Notes: generated from the letters alone by a model not told the origin. Shown: positions 30,821 to 40,981, numbered from the stretch's first letter. The stretch: DNA of 64,000 nt from an uncultured delta proteobacterium (GCA_963847445.1 CAWJZV010000011.1:32001-96000), one strand, 5' to 3'. Numbers and translations: made by a program.

Positions 30821-32689
30821 TTACCAGTTGAACGGGTTGAGAATCTTGCTCGCCTTCTCGATATCCTGCTGAATCTGTCCGAATGCGCTCACTGGGGTAT
30901 CGTCTTGCCCCGTCCCAGGAGTTCTCGCGGTGGCTGGCCTTTGGCCCGGCACTGGGGCTTGCGTCTGTACCGGTCCCTTCACCAGCGATCTGGAGGGGTT
31001 TTCTTGCTTGGGCTCGCTAGCCGGAGAAGCAGCACTGCTTGGCACCGGTTCAGCGTTGGTGCGCGGCTGGGTTTCGCTCGGACTCAAATACAACGGCCCT
31101 TTTTCCAGCGCGAGCTTGGGTTCCAATTCGACGGTCTTGGGTTGTGGCTTGGCAACGGTGGCTTCCTTCACCTGCGCCGGGGATGGCGCAGCTTCAAACT
31201 TTGCCGGTTCGACCCCCTTAGCACGCAACTTCTGATCGATGCTGCTTAAAACCTCATTAACTGGAGCGCTTGGGGTTTTCTGATTTGCCGCGGCGGCTTG
31301 AGCCACCGCAGCTTGCACGATCGCGCTGTCGTTGAATGCTGCGGCCGCTGCCGGTGCATTCGGCGTTTGGTTGGGATTTGTCCCGCTCTTTTGCAGATTG
31401 GCGTCGATGGAACCCAGGAGCGCGCGGGTATCGGTTGGCGGTGGCACCGCGGCATCCGGTTTGGGCAGATCCGCGGCTGGCGCTTTCAGCGTTGCCTGGC
31501 GCGACTGGCTGTCGATGCCCTTTTGTTGCAACGACTGATCGACACTGGCGATCAGACCACTGGGTTTGGGATCGTTCTTCTTGACTGGTTCTTTGGCGTC
31601 TTTGCTACCGAACGGCGAAAGCGAAGTAAGAATGCCGCTGGATTCTTGTTTTGGCGCGTCGCCTTTCTTGGTGAGCAGTTCTTCCGCGGTCTTGGGCTTT
31701 TGATCGCTCGATGATGAGAACGGATTGAGCTTCTCGGTGACGCGGCGGAAAAAACTTTTTTCCGCGCCGGGCTCTTCATGGACTACTTCGTTCTTGGCCA
31801 CCAAGTTGAGATCCTTGAGCTTGGCCAGCGCCGGGTCTTCCTTCACCTCAGGCGCGGGAGCGGCACCGGGGCGGCGGTCGCGCATCAACAAAAGATCCAA
31901 TGGATCGCGTTTTTCTTTCTCGACCAGGGCTAACTGAGTGCGCGCATCGGCGGCGTACTTACTCTGCGGATAGCGCTGGATCAGCGCTTCATAGGCGAGC
32001 GTCGCGCGCGGGCTATTTTTCTCCTGGCGATAGCTTTCACCCAAGAAGTACAGGCTCTTGACCGCCGTCGGCGTGTCTCGGTACTTGCGCACGATCTCCT
32101 CGAAGCGGTCGCGCGCGGCGGCAAATTTTTGCTGTTTGAAATAAAATTCGGCGGCGCTGAATTCATGCTCGGCCAGGTACTCGACGGCTTGCGCGAGTTT
32201 GGTCTTGGCGATGGCCGCTTGCGGCGACTTCGGATATTTGGTGATGACCGCTTCAAAATATCCCTTAGCGAGTTCAGTATTTTTCTGTTCGCGGTCGACG
32301 GCGGTGAACTGGTCGAAGTGGGCTTGACCGAGGCGCAACGTCACGAAGGGAAGATGCTCGCTGGTCGGGTGCAGTTCCTGGAACTCTTTAAACAAACTGA
32401 TCGCCTCGGGAAACTGTTCATTGAGATAGTGAGCGTCGGCGACCTTCAATTCGGCCTGTGTGACCAGCGGGCTGAACGGATGGTCGGTCTTAATTTTCGT
32501 GAAACTATCGATGGCGCGGACATATTTCTTGTCGTTGAAATTGCGCGTGCCCTCTTCGAAGAGCGCCTCCGCCGTGGGATCGGCCTTCGCCGCCGAACCG
32601 GACCATGGCATTGACGGCAAGGAAGTCGACGAGCATGCGGGCAACAGCACGCACAGCGCTAGTATAATTGTAAGGTTTATCTTCGGCAT
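30821..32689 (-). CDS. bamD: BamD outer-membrane assembly lipoprotein with long low-complexity C-terminal extension
   Basis: Lipobox LPAC, HPFSP..AELKVADAHY, FQELHP, DREQ..T, YPKSP, LAEHEF..A.FY, AA..RF. Confidence 0.8.
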   Translation of the reverse strand: MPKINLTIILALCVLLPACSSTSLPSMPWSGSAAKADPTAEALFEEGTRNFNDKKYVRAIDSFTKIKTDHPFSPLVTQAELKVADAHYLNEQFPEAISLFKEFQELHPTSEHLPFVTLRLGQAHFDQFTAVDREQKNTELAKGYFEAVITKYPKSPQAAIAKTKLAQAVEYLAEHEFSAAEFYFKQQKFAAARDRFEEIVRKYRDTPTAVKSLYFLGESYRQEKNSPRATLAYEALIQRYPQSKYAADARTQLALVEKEKRDPLDLLLMRDRRPGAAPAPEVKEDPALAKLKDLNLVAKNEVVHEEPGAEKSFFRRVTEKLNPFSSSSDQKPKTAEELLTKKGDAPKQESSGILTSLSPFGSKDAKEPVKKNDPKPSGLIASVDQSLQQKGIDSQSRQATLKAPAADLPKPDAAVPPPTDTRALLGSIDANLQKSGTNPNQTPNAPAAAAAFNDSAIVQAAVAQAAAANQKTPSAPVNEVLSSIDQKLRAKGVEPAKFEAAPSPAQVKEATVAKPQPKTVELEPKLALEKGPLYLSPSETQPRTNAEPVPSSAASPASEPKQENPSRSLVKGPVQTQAPVPGQRPATARTPGTGQDDTPVSAFGQIQQDIEKASKILNPFNW

Positions 32690-32817
32690 AGGCTCAAGCC
32701 CCATTAATTTCGTTAGATTCTCATCAACCATACATGCACGAGCAATTGAGTCAAGCTACATTTTCGACGGTTGGCGCAGCGGTCGAGCGCTCGGCGTCGA
32801 TTGGCAACCAGGTCCGG

Positions 32818-33288
32818 TTATTTTCTCGGCAGTACCTGTAATCCAACCTGTGCTTGATTAGAGCGCAAGACGAAGGGCCAAACCGGCGGAAACGCCAGGT
32901 AGGCGGCGGTCTCAAGGAAGGAATAAATCCAATCGCCTGGAGGTCCCTTATCATCGTGGATGATGACTTGATAATCGCCGGGAGCTAACTCGGGGATCTT
33001 GAAATGGAGAATTTTATCTTCGATCCAAATGAGTTCTTCCCCGGGAACGTCGCGACGAGTCGGATCGCGGGCTTGAAGCCTGAGCTGCGGCCAATCCATC
33101 GTCACGTTGCCGATCTCGACCCGCGGCCAACCGACTAAATATTCGAATGACAAGCTAATGGTGTCGCCGGGGTACCCCTTGAGCGGTTGCATGTCGACTA
33201 TCCGCGGCGCGCAAGACGCGGATAATAAACACAACGCCATCGCCAGCCATCGCGCTGCTACCAGATCTTTGTGGTTATTGTTCATCAT
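32818..33288 (-). CDS. Hypothetical lipoprotein (Ig/IPT-like beta domain)
   Basis: LLSASC lipobox; P.KGYPGDTISL and FKIPELAPGDYQV resemble IPT/TIG motifs. Confidence 0.55.
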   Translation of the reverse strand: MMNNNHKDLVAARWLAMALCLLSASCAPRIVDMQPLKGYPGDTISLSFEYLVGWPRVEIGNVTMDWPQLRLQARDPTRRDVPGEELIWIEDKILHFKIPELAPGDYQVIIHDDKGPPGDWIYSFLETAAYLAFPPVWPFVLRSNQAQVGLQVLPRK

Positions 33289-33645
33289 GCGATTTTTTAA
33301 CTGTCCCATTTAATTCGTTAAGTCGCATAATATTAAACTATTGCCAAGCTCTGCGACCTGCACTTGGAGGATATGGGAAAATGCGTCAAAACCGGCTGGT
33401 GCGAGCTTTAACATCCCCAAAAAGCCCTCAAAATAACGAAATTTACCAAGCTCATAGTACTTAGGTATTAGAATTTTTGGAATTAACCGCGAGCTCAGGA
33501 GGAAAATCCGGCCAACGTCCTATTGTCGGCTAAGGGATAATTCGAGTAAAACCGTCGAGACGGTCGGAATTTCCAAAACATTTACCGGTAATTTTGTTTT
33601 TAGACGAAGTAAAACTAGTTATTTTAAGGGAGGCAAAAGGAGGCA

Positions 33646-35152
33646 ATGGGAATGAAGAAGAAGAGTATATGGTTAGCGAGTATGCTAGCTGCTTTCCTTC
33701 TAGCGGCGGGAACGGTTCAAGCGCAGAGCGTCAGTGACAAGATCAGCGCGCTTGAGCAGGAACTCCAGCAGCTAAAAGAATCGCAGATCGAGTTGAAGAA
33801 AGAGGCGACGGCGGCGGCGGCGGCGATGCCCTCGTTTTCGTATCGTCCCGGCAATGGCATGATGATCGAAGCGGCCGACAAGTCATGGTCGTTCCGTCAT
33901 TCGTTCGAAGCGCATATGCGCTACAATTTCACTCAGGGCCGCGACCAGGTCGGCCGCAGCCAGGGCGAGTTGGAAGGCCGGCGTTTCCGGCCGGAGTTTT
34001 ATCTGTGCGTCAACAACTGCCTGTGGCAGATCGACTGGCGCCTGGACTTGGACGGCTTCGGCGGCAACACGCCGTTGCAGCGCGGCATGATCTATTTTAA
34101 TGCCGACCAGCTCAATCCCTGGTTGCCGGCTGTGGGATTCGGCATGGACACGACCAACTCGGGTCCGGCCAGTTTGTCGCGCCAGGGCTCGGGTGCCACG
34201 GGCGCTCAGGCAGAGTACGACATGATGACCCAGAATTTAGGGTTCAACACCGGCAGCGCGAGCTCCGGCATGACCCTTACCTGGGATGATAAATCGCTTT
34301 CCGGCATCGGCATCCCCGGCCGCATCGCCCGGTTTCAGGTCGGCATGAACGCCTACGGCGAAGGCGGCGACGGCACGCAGCTCAACACCGACCGCAAAGA
34401 CTTCCATGCCTACGGCAACATCCAGCCGTTCTCGCAGGTGAAGAACAAATGGATCAGCGGGTTATTGTTCGAGTACGGCGCCTGGTTCTGTAACTCGGAT
34501 AACCGCGCAACGGCGAACGGTTGCAACCGGTACCGCGTTCAGACTAACGCCCGTGCCGGCAGACAGACGTTATTCGACACCGGCGCCAACTCGATTGGCG
34601 ACGGTCTGACTATCCAACAGGGTCCCGGTCTGGTGTGGAACGTCGGTCCGTATACCTTACGGTCGATGTACGACCTGGCAACGATCCGAGGATCGGGGCA
34701 CCGGCATCGCCGGCAACGTAGCGAATGGCAGAGGCCAAAAGAAAGGCCAGGTATTCCTGATCGGTCACGATCTGTTTCTGTGGAGTCCCAAGGGCTGGTT
34801 GACCGGGTCGTCGACGACAGCCGGATCGATCTTGCTCGGCTACCACTTTGAGCGCACCGACATGTCGGTGGGTTGTAATGGCAACACGGGCATACCCTGC
34901 CCGGCGACGCTCAACAGCGGCGACTTTCACCGCACCGCGATCAGGCTCAACGAGTGGGATCTGTGGTACTTCGTCGCGCCGCGGATGAGCGTGGGTGTCA
35001 ACATCCTGTGGACCGACGCCTCGAACCTGCAAAATGCCAGGAACCAATCGGCGCATAATCTTGACGTGTGTACGAATGCTCCTGCCGGCTGCCGCAACGG
35101 CAAAGGCGGCGACTGGATGGAGTGGTTCTTGAACTGGCGCTACACGTTCTAA
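33646..35152 (+). CDS. Outer-membrane porin (OprO/P-like architecture), frameshifted
   Basis: Signal peptide, N-terminal coiled coil, RRFRP motif, beta-strand pattern, C-terminal WRYTF; strong RBS. Confidence 0.75.
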
Positions 35153-35179
35153 GCGCATAGCTTAGCAGACGTTTCAAGC

Positions 35180-35213
35180 AAAAGGGGGAGTCAGAAATGA
35201 CTCCCCCTTTTTT
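35180..35213 (+). terminator. Rho-independent terminator
   Basis: aaaagggggagtca-GAAA-tgactcccccttttt. Confidence 0.9.
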
Positions 35214-35413
35214 ATTGTCGGCCCGGGCTGCAAAAGCTTTTGGTTTCGTTGCCACGGGTTATCTTTACAACCGCTGCGCGGCGTGAGATGGGTGTTGGCG
35301 CTGACCTGTCATTGAGTTGAGATTGGGATATGTTAAATAAGCGATAGCGTGATTTTTCAGTCGCTTTTTGTCTAGCCAGCAAGTTTTCAGCAATCGATCT
35401 AGGGAGTCTGTTA

Positions 35414-36046
35414 ATGATTGTACGGCAATTTTATCGGCGATGGCTCGCAACCGCCAGCGCGCTGATCATGATAGCTATTGTCAATCTCGCGTGCAGCCAC
35501 AGTGTCCCACGCTTTGGCGTTGGTGGGCGATACGAAGAGGGGCGCGAGCAGTTTCTTCGCGGCCGCGCCGGCGACATGGATACCGCGGTGGTCGCCTTGG
35601 AAACCGTCGTGAGCCAGGATCCGACGTATAAGGACAGCCTTACCTATCTGGGCCGGGCGTACTATCGTAAAGCGCGGTTTCAAGATGCCCACGCCATCTT
35701 GCAGCGGGCGCTGGTAGTGAACAAGGACGATGAGATCGCCTGGATCGCGTTCGGACTTACCCAACTTCGCTTGGGCGAAAATGACAAAGGCGTCGAAACT
35801 CTCAAGGGTGGAATCACCCTGGCCAACAAGGTGATGGTGGACGGCTACAAGAACTATATTTACTGGGATACCCGTGGTCTGATCCGCGCGGCTCTCCGTC
35901 GGTCCGCGTTCATGTTGACTAAAGGAGTCGAGGAGAAAAGCAATATTATCGAAGCCACCGATCGGCTGTTAGCGATCGTCGACGAAGAAGACAACTTTCA
36001 AAGAAGCACCAGACAGCAAAACCTGCGGCCCTTCTACGGTCAATAA
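35414..36046 (+). CDS. TPR lipoprotein
   Basis: NLAC lipobox; YLGRAYY..A..LQRAL TPR; paralogous to 36445-37092. Confidence 0.75.
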   Translation: MIVRQFYRRWLATASALIMIAIVNLACSHSVPRFGVGGRYEEGREQFLRGRAGDMDTAVVALETVVSQDPTYKDSLTYLGRAYYRKARFQDAHAILQRALVVNKDDEIAWIAFGLTQLRLGENDKGVETLKGGITLANKVMVDGYKNYIYWDTRGLIRAALRRSAFMLTKGVEEKSNIIEATDRLLAIVDEEDNFQRSTRQQNLRPFYGQ

Positions 36047-36102
36047 ACCATATCTGAACTCTAGCGACGCGTCTCGCGCGGTTGGTCGTTTATCGCGAAT
36101 GA

Positions 36103-36410
36103 CTCACCACGAAGTACTTCATGATCTTGCACTCGCCTACAGAGCATGAAAATGGTTGGCATTCCCAGAACATGATCCCCCTCAATTCGTCATTCCCGCG
36201 CACGCGGGAATCCAGGTGACGGACAGAGTCCGTCATACCGTTGAAAAACGGTATCCAGGTGATGATGGGTCTGGATACCCGCTTTCGCGGGTATGACGGA
36301 GCCCCGCAGGCTCTTTGTTGTGCATATCATCCCCTCACATGTATTTTTCGAAGGAGGACACGAAGGAGAGACTTAACTTCCGGGCCCTCGTGTCCTTCGG
36401 GGTGAAAAAC
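36103..36410. repeat. Mosaic of nested palindromic repeats between convergent genes
   Basis: cgtcattcccgcgcacgcgggaatccag ... ctggatacccgctttcgcgggtatgacg (36188-36297), plus aggacacgaagg / ccctcgtgtcctt arms. Confidence 0.75.
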
Positions 36411-36444
36411 TCTTTACCATTTGGTGCGCTCGCTCATGGACGGA

Positions 36445-37092
36445 TTAGGGTTGGCCGCCGCCGCCTGAGCCGCCGTCATTTTGCCGCGAGTGCTCGCGGG
36501 TTTCGTCTTGGCGGGCGCGGTCGACTTCGTCTTCCATCTGCTTGCCGATGGTTTCAGCCGACGCGACTAAGCGCTCTACATCGAACTCCCGGCCAGAAAT
36601 CATCGCCAAATCGCTCTGAATCGCCGATCGGATGGCGCGTGCCGGATCCCAGAAGCGACCAAAGGAAAAACGATGGGCTTCGGTAATGTACTCCAAGAAG
36701 CCGTAAATCCCCTTCATGCCGTTCTCAATCTCGCTCACGCCGCGCTGACGGTCTCCTGAGCGGGCAAGTACCAGGCCTAAATAGAGGCGGGCGAGATCTT
36801 CGTCGCGGTTGGCGGCGAGCGCACGCTCAAGTGTCTTCTGGGCTTGCGGCAGCCGGCCGACGGCGTATTCGGCGCGGCCGAGATAACTCAAAACGCCTTG
36901 CCGGTACGCGGTGCCGTAACGATAGTTAGGATCTTTTTCAGCAACGCTCTGAAAGTAGGACAGCGCAACCTCGCTCTTGCCGGTTATGAGCGCGTTACGG
37001 CCAGCTTGGAAATCACTGCCAATCTGAAGGCTGGCGCAGCCGCCAATGAGGGCCACCATAAGAAACAATCCAAGCGAGTATCTAATTTTCAT
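36445..37092 (-). CDS. TPR lipoprotein
   Basis: IGGC lipobox; YLGRAEY..A..LERAL; ARLYLGLVL. Confidence 0.75.
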   Translation of the reverse strand: MKIRYSLGLFLMVALIGGCASLQIGSDFQAGRNALITGKSEVALSYFQSVAEKDPNYRYGTAYRQGVLSYLGRAEYAVGRLPQAQKTLERALAANRDEDLARLYLGLVLARSGDRQRGVSEIENGMKGIYGFLEYITEAHRFSFGRFWDPARAIRSAIQSDLAMISGREFDVERLVASAETIGKQMEDEVDRARQDETREHSRQNDGGSGGGGQP

Positions 37093-37237
37093 AAGACCCC
37101 TCCTTATGATGATATGACAATCGAGCATACGACGACGGATTGGCGAATTCAACGTGTTAAATTCGCTCATCGCCGAGCTGCTCACTGATGCGAGATTACA
37201 AGTTTTCATGTGCGGGCTGGTTCTCTCCAGGGGTTTG

Positions 37238-38023
37238 CTAACTACGCCAGGCGGTGATCCACACCGTGAGCGCGATTAGGCTCACCAGCACCGCGTAGAT
37301 TTTCCGTAGGATCGATGTGGTTATTTCTCGATGCACCCTTGCACCGGCCAGCGCGCTTAACGCGGCGGCCGTGACGACGACGCTTGCAGCCAGCAGCGGC
37401 ACTTGGTTGGTTGCCAATTTGCCGATGAATCCCAAGGTGCCATTCATCAAGCCGATGACCAGTGTGCTGCCGATAGCGACTCGGGTGGGCACCTTGAAGG
37501 CGTATATGAGCAGCGGCACGAAAGCAAAATTACCCGCTCCGAGAAAGCCGATCATGACTCCTGCCGAGAGGGAAGCAGCGGCTAGTGGGAGCTTGGCGAC
37601 TGGGAGATTTTGCGCCGATGCTTCGTTGCCGCTGCGGTAGGGCATTGGCAGCGCCATCGCCAGCCCGGCAGTTGTGGTCATCAATCCGAAAAGAACCAGC
37701 AGAAATCCTTCGGATACCCATTTAGACGCCACGGCGCCGATCAACGCACCGGCCGCGGATGCGACTCCAGCTGTGACGGTGATGCCATGGTGAACTTGTC
37801 CCCTGCGCAGATGCGCCCAGCCGCCGAACAGGGCGGAGAAGAACACTTGGCTACTGACCACTGCGGCCACCGTCTTGGCATCGAGCGGCGCCCAACCGAA
37901 AAGCGGCGGTATATAATAAAGCAGCGGAAACATCACGACGCCGCCGCCGACACCGAGCAGCCCGGCGGCAAACCCACCCAGGGCGCCCAACGACGCCAGG
38001 AGTGCGATCAGCGAGAAAGTCAT
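37238..38023 (-). CDS. TauE/SafE (sulfite exporter) family membrane protein
   Basis: GLLGVGGG, second repeat GFLGAG, AIGSTL; overlaps the mqnP stop by 4 nt (ATGA). Confidence 0.85.
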   Translation of the reverse strand: MTFSLIALLASLGALGGFAAGLLGVGGGVVMFPLLYYIPPLFGWAPLDAKTVAAVVSSQVFFSALFGGWAHLRRGQVHHGITVTAGVASAAGALIGAVASKWVSEGFLLVLFGLMTTTAGLAMALPMPYRSGNEASAQNLPVAKLPLAAASLSAGVMIGFLGAGNFAFVPLLIYAFKVPTRVAIGSTLVIGLMNGTLGFIGKLATNQVPLLAASVVVTAAALSALAGARVHREITTSILRKIYAVLVSLIALTVWITAWRS

Positions 38024-38919
38024 GCGCCGATCCCGTTTTTCGAGATCAGCAGGATATCGGCGAGGGTAAAAAGAAAATAGCCTAGGCTGACATAGGCGTT
38101 GAGGTCGAAGAATGCCTTATCAATGCGCGATAGATCGGTAGCCGTGACGATGCGATGCTCCCAGACTAAAACCGCGGTGACGGCCAGAAACCCGAGCCAG
38201 TAAAGAGCCCCCATGGCAGCCGCGCTGCCGACCAGGGCGAGAAACAAAACCGTGCCGCAATGAAAGGCGCTCGACAATCTTAGCGCGCCGGCGACGCCGA
38301 ATCGCACTGGGATCGAATGGAGGCCGATCTTGCCGTCAAACTCCCGGTCTTGCAGCGAGTAGATGATGTCGAAGCCGGCGAGCCAAAAGACCACGGCGAG
38401 ACCAAGGTAAATGGGGATTTGCAGTTCGGCGATGTCGAACGGCGGGCGCGCGACGGCCAACCAAGCGCCGATCGGAGCGATGGCCAGGGCGAGGCCGAGA
38501 AACAGATGGGCCGCCCAAGTAAACCTCTTGGTGAGCGAGTAAAAGAACACAATCGCCAAAGCGACGGGCGATAGGACGAAACAAACCCAGTTGAGCTGAT
38601 AGGCGGCGAAGACAAAGAGTGCCGAAGCCAGGGCTGTGAGCAGCATGGCCTCGCCGACCTTCACTTTGCCCTGGGGCATCTCCCAGTTCTTCGTGCGCGG
38701 ATTCAAGGCGTCAAACTGGCGATCCGCGACGCGGTTAAATCCCATCGCCGCGGTGCGCGCGCCGACCATGGCGACCAGAATCCAAAGCAAACTGCGCAGC
38801 GTCACCGGATGTCGCGGCCAAGCCAGGGCGAGCGACGCCATGGCAAAAGGGAGCGCAAAGACGGTGTGAGAAAAGCGCACAAGGCTGCCATAGTTGGCGA
38901 TTTTGGATTTTAGTCGCAT
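38020..38919 (-). CDS. mqnP: UbiA-family prenyltransferase, futalosine pathway (MqnP-like)
   Basis: HTVFALPFA, ARTAAMGFNR..DRQFD..NPRT, YSLTKRFT, GFDIIYSLQD..FD. Confidence 0.88.
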   Translation of the reverse strand: MRLKSKIANYGSLVRFSHTVFALPFAMASLALAWPRHPVTLRSLLWILVAMVGARTAAMGFNRVADRQFDALNPRTKNWEMPQGKVKVGEAMLLTALASALFVFAAYQLNWVCFVLSPVALAIVFFYSLTKRFTWAAHLFLGLALAIAPIGAWLAVARPPFDIAELQIPIYLGLAVVFWLAGFDIIYSLQDREFDGKIGLHSIPVRFGVAGALRLSSAFHCGTVLFLALVGSAAAMGALYWLGFLAVTAVLVWEHRIVTATDLSRIDKAFFDLNAYVSLGYFLFTLADILLISKNGIGA

Positions 38920-38927
38920 CTGAATAA

Positions 38928-38960
38928 CGTGTTCGTTGCTCGTGATCGTGTTCGTATTCG
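38928..38960. repeat. Microsatellite arm (6-bp unit CGTGNT), downstream flank of four-helix-bundle gene 1
   Basis: cgtgtt cgttgct cgtgat cgtgtt cgtatt cg; inverted relative to 39385-39419. Confidence 0.8.
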
Positions 38961-38973
38961 GCGGGGACCGGAG

Positions 38974-39330
38974 CTAGCGTCGTCCCAAGGATTGGGCGAG
39001 CCTTGTGAGCATTTGGCCTACTCGGTCATAACTCGATCGCAGCTCGGGGTAAATATCATTTTGAAGATGACCGAGATCACGGGCTAACAGGAGCTGATAA
39101 CCAACTTCCGCCGCTGAACCTCTGGCAATGCCGACGAACTGCCTAAACTCCCGGCTATTGAGGCGCATCGATCCTTCGACTAAGTTCGACCCAACGGAAG
39201 TCGCCGCGCGTCGCATCTGCGAGACGAGATTAAAGCTCTCTTCTTTTGGGAACTTTGCAGTGATTTTGTAGACCTTCAGCGCAAGTTCATGAGCGAGTTT
39301 AAAAACATCCAGATCTTCGACCGATTTCAT
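38974..39330 (-). CDS. Four-helix bundle protein (23S rRNA IVP / Avd-like family)
   Basis: EDLDVFKLA..L...Y.IT.KFPKEE.F.LVSQMRRAATSV.SN..EG..R...EF..F..IARGS..E; 118 aa; GGAG RBS. Confidence 0.93.
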   Translation of the reverse strand: MKSVEDLDVFKLAHELALKVYKITAKFPKEESFNLVSQMRRAATSVGSNLVEGSMRLNSREFRQFVGIARGSAAEVGYQLLLARDLGHLQNDIYPELRSSYDRVGQMLTRLAQSLGRR

Positions 39331-39384
39331 AGCCTGCTCTCCATCAAATCTAGTCTTGTTCAGCAAAAAAGTGAAACTTTCGTC

Positions 39385-39419
39385 CGAGAACGAGCACGAG
39401 CCACGAGCACGAGTCACGA
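39385..39419. repeat. Microsatellite arm (6-bp unit CGAGCA), upstream flank of four-helix-bundle gene 1, overlapping the mqnL stop
   Basis: cgagaa cgagca cgagcca cgagca cgagtca cga. Confidence 0.8.
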
Positions 39420-40859
39420 AATCCCCAACTTTGCCCATATCGAATCGATGTAGTTTTTGGTTTTCTCGTCCATGACGATGGCGTCGGGCCATTCCCGCTC
39501 GAAACCCTCGCTGCGCCACTTGCGCGTGGCATCGAGACCGAGCTTAGAGCCATAGCCGAGCACCGGCGCGGCATGATCGAGGACGTCGACCGGGCCGTCG
39601 GAGAAGATCGTATCGCGTTTGGGTTCGATATTATTACCGACCACCCAGGTGACTTCGGCAAGGTCGTGCACGTTGACATCGTGATCGACGACGATCAGGG
39701 TTTTGGTGAACATCATCTGGCCCAGGCCCCAGAGCGCGTGCATGACTTTGCGCCCGTGGGCCGGGTACTCTTTCTTGATCGAGATGATCGCCAGGTTATG
39801 AAACACCCCATGCACGGGCAGATTCATGTCGACGATCTCGGGCAGGGTGACGCGCAAGAGCGGCAGAAACAGTCGCTCGGTGGCTTTGCCGAGATAGGCG
39901 TCTTCCATCGGCGGACGGCCGACGATGGTGGTCGGATAAATCGGATTTTTCCGATGGGTGATGCAGGTGACGTGAAACACCGGATAATCATCGGCCAGCG
40001 AGTAGAAACCCGTGTGATCGCCGAAGGGGCCTTCACGCCGCAGCGGTTCCGCTGGATCGACGTAGCCTTCGATGACGATGTCCGAGTTGGCCGGCACTTC
40101 GATGTCGACGGTTAGGCATTTAATTAACTCGACGCCTTTCTTGCGCAAGAAGCCAGTGAAGAGGATCTCATCGATCTGCGGCGGCAGCGGCGCGGTGGCG
40201 GCGTAGATCATCGCCGGATCGCCGCCGAGGCAGACCGCCAGCTCCAACTTACCCTTGTTTTCTTTCTGTTGCTGAAAATGTCTGGCGCCGACTTTGTGCA
40301 GATGCCAGTGCATGCCGGTGGTGCGCCGATCGAACACCTGCATGCGATAGAGCCCGACGTTTCTCGTGCCTTTCACGGCATCTTTGGAAAAAACCATCGG
40401 CAGAGTGATAAACGGCCCGGCGTCGCCGGGCCAGCAAGTCAGCACCGGCAGCAGGTTAAGATCAGGATCGCGATTGACGACTTCCTGGCACGCCGCTTCT
40501 TTGACCATCTTGGGCGGGATACCCGCCAGTTTCACCAGTTCGCCGAGTAGCTGGAGCTTGTCTTTGAATGACTTGGGCGGGCGGGTTTGGATTAGCTTGG
40601 TGATTTCGGCGGCGATCTCCTCGATGTCCTTCACACCCAACGCCAACGCCATCCTCTTGGCCGAACCGAAGGCGTTGATCAACACCGGAATGTTTTTGCC
40701 GACGACGTTTTCAAAGAGCAACGCCGGCCCGGCGGATTTCATCACGCGATCGGCGATCTCGGTGATTTCCAACTCGGCCTTGACCGGGTGGGATATCCGC
40801 TTCAACTCACCCTCGCGCTCCAAAACTTGAAGGAAATCTTGCAGGCTGTTATATGCCAT
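39414..40859 (-). CDS. mqnL: Menaquinone biosynthesis decarboxylase (UbiD family, MqnL-like)
   Basis: LEITEIADR, CWPGDAGPFITLP, NVGLYRMQ, GMHWH.HK.G, EGPFGDHTGFY, ALWGLGQMMF; adjacent to mqnP. Confidence 0.9.
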   Translation of the reverse strand: MAYNSLQDFLQVLEREGELKRISHPVKAELEITEIADRVMKSAGPALLFENVVGKNIPVLINAFGSAKRMALALGVKDIEEIAAEITKLIQTRPPKSFKDKLQLLGELVKLAGIPPKMVKEAACQEVVNRDPDLNLLPVLTCWPGDAGPFITLPMVFSKDAVKGTRNVGLYRMQVFDRRTTGMHWHLHKVGARHFQQQKENKGKLELAVCLGGDPAMIYAATAPLPPQIDEILFTGFLRKKGVELIKCLTVDIEVPANSDIVIEGYVDPAEPLRREGPFGDHTGFYSLADDYPVFHVTCITHRKNPIYPTTIVGRPPMEDAYLGKATERLFLPLLRVTLPEIVDMNLPVHGVFHNLAIISIKKEYPAHGRKVMHALWGLGQMMFTKTLIVVDHDVNVHDLAEVTWVVGNNIEPKRDTIFSDGPVDVLDHAAPVLGYGSKLGLDATRKWRSEGFEREWPDAIVMDEKTKNYIDSIWAKLGIS

Positions 40860-40981
40860 AGCTGAACTCGAATTCTCAATGAAACGCAATAATCCGCTAA
40901 AAAGCAAGCCGATTGCACGATGTCCGATGAACATGCCAGCGAGGCTAGTCACGGAGTTCGCCGGTAAAAAACGATTAGGCC

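Noticed and set aside
33540-33575. c-di-GMP (GEMM) riboswitch upstream of the porin
   Set aside because: Only one hairpin resembles it; the conserved second stem and linker motifs are absent.
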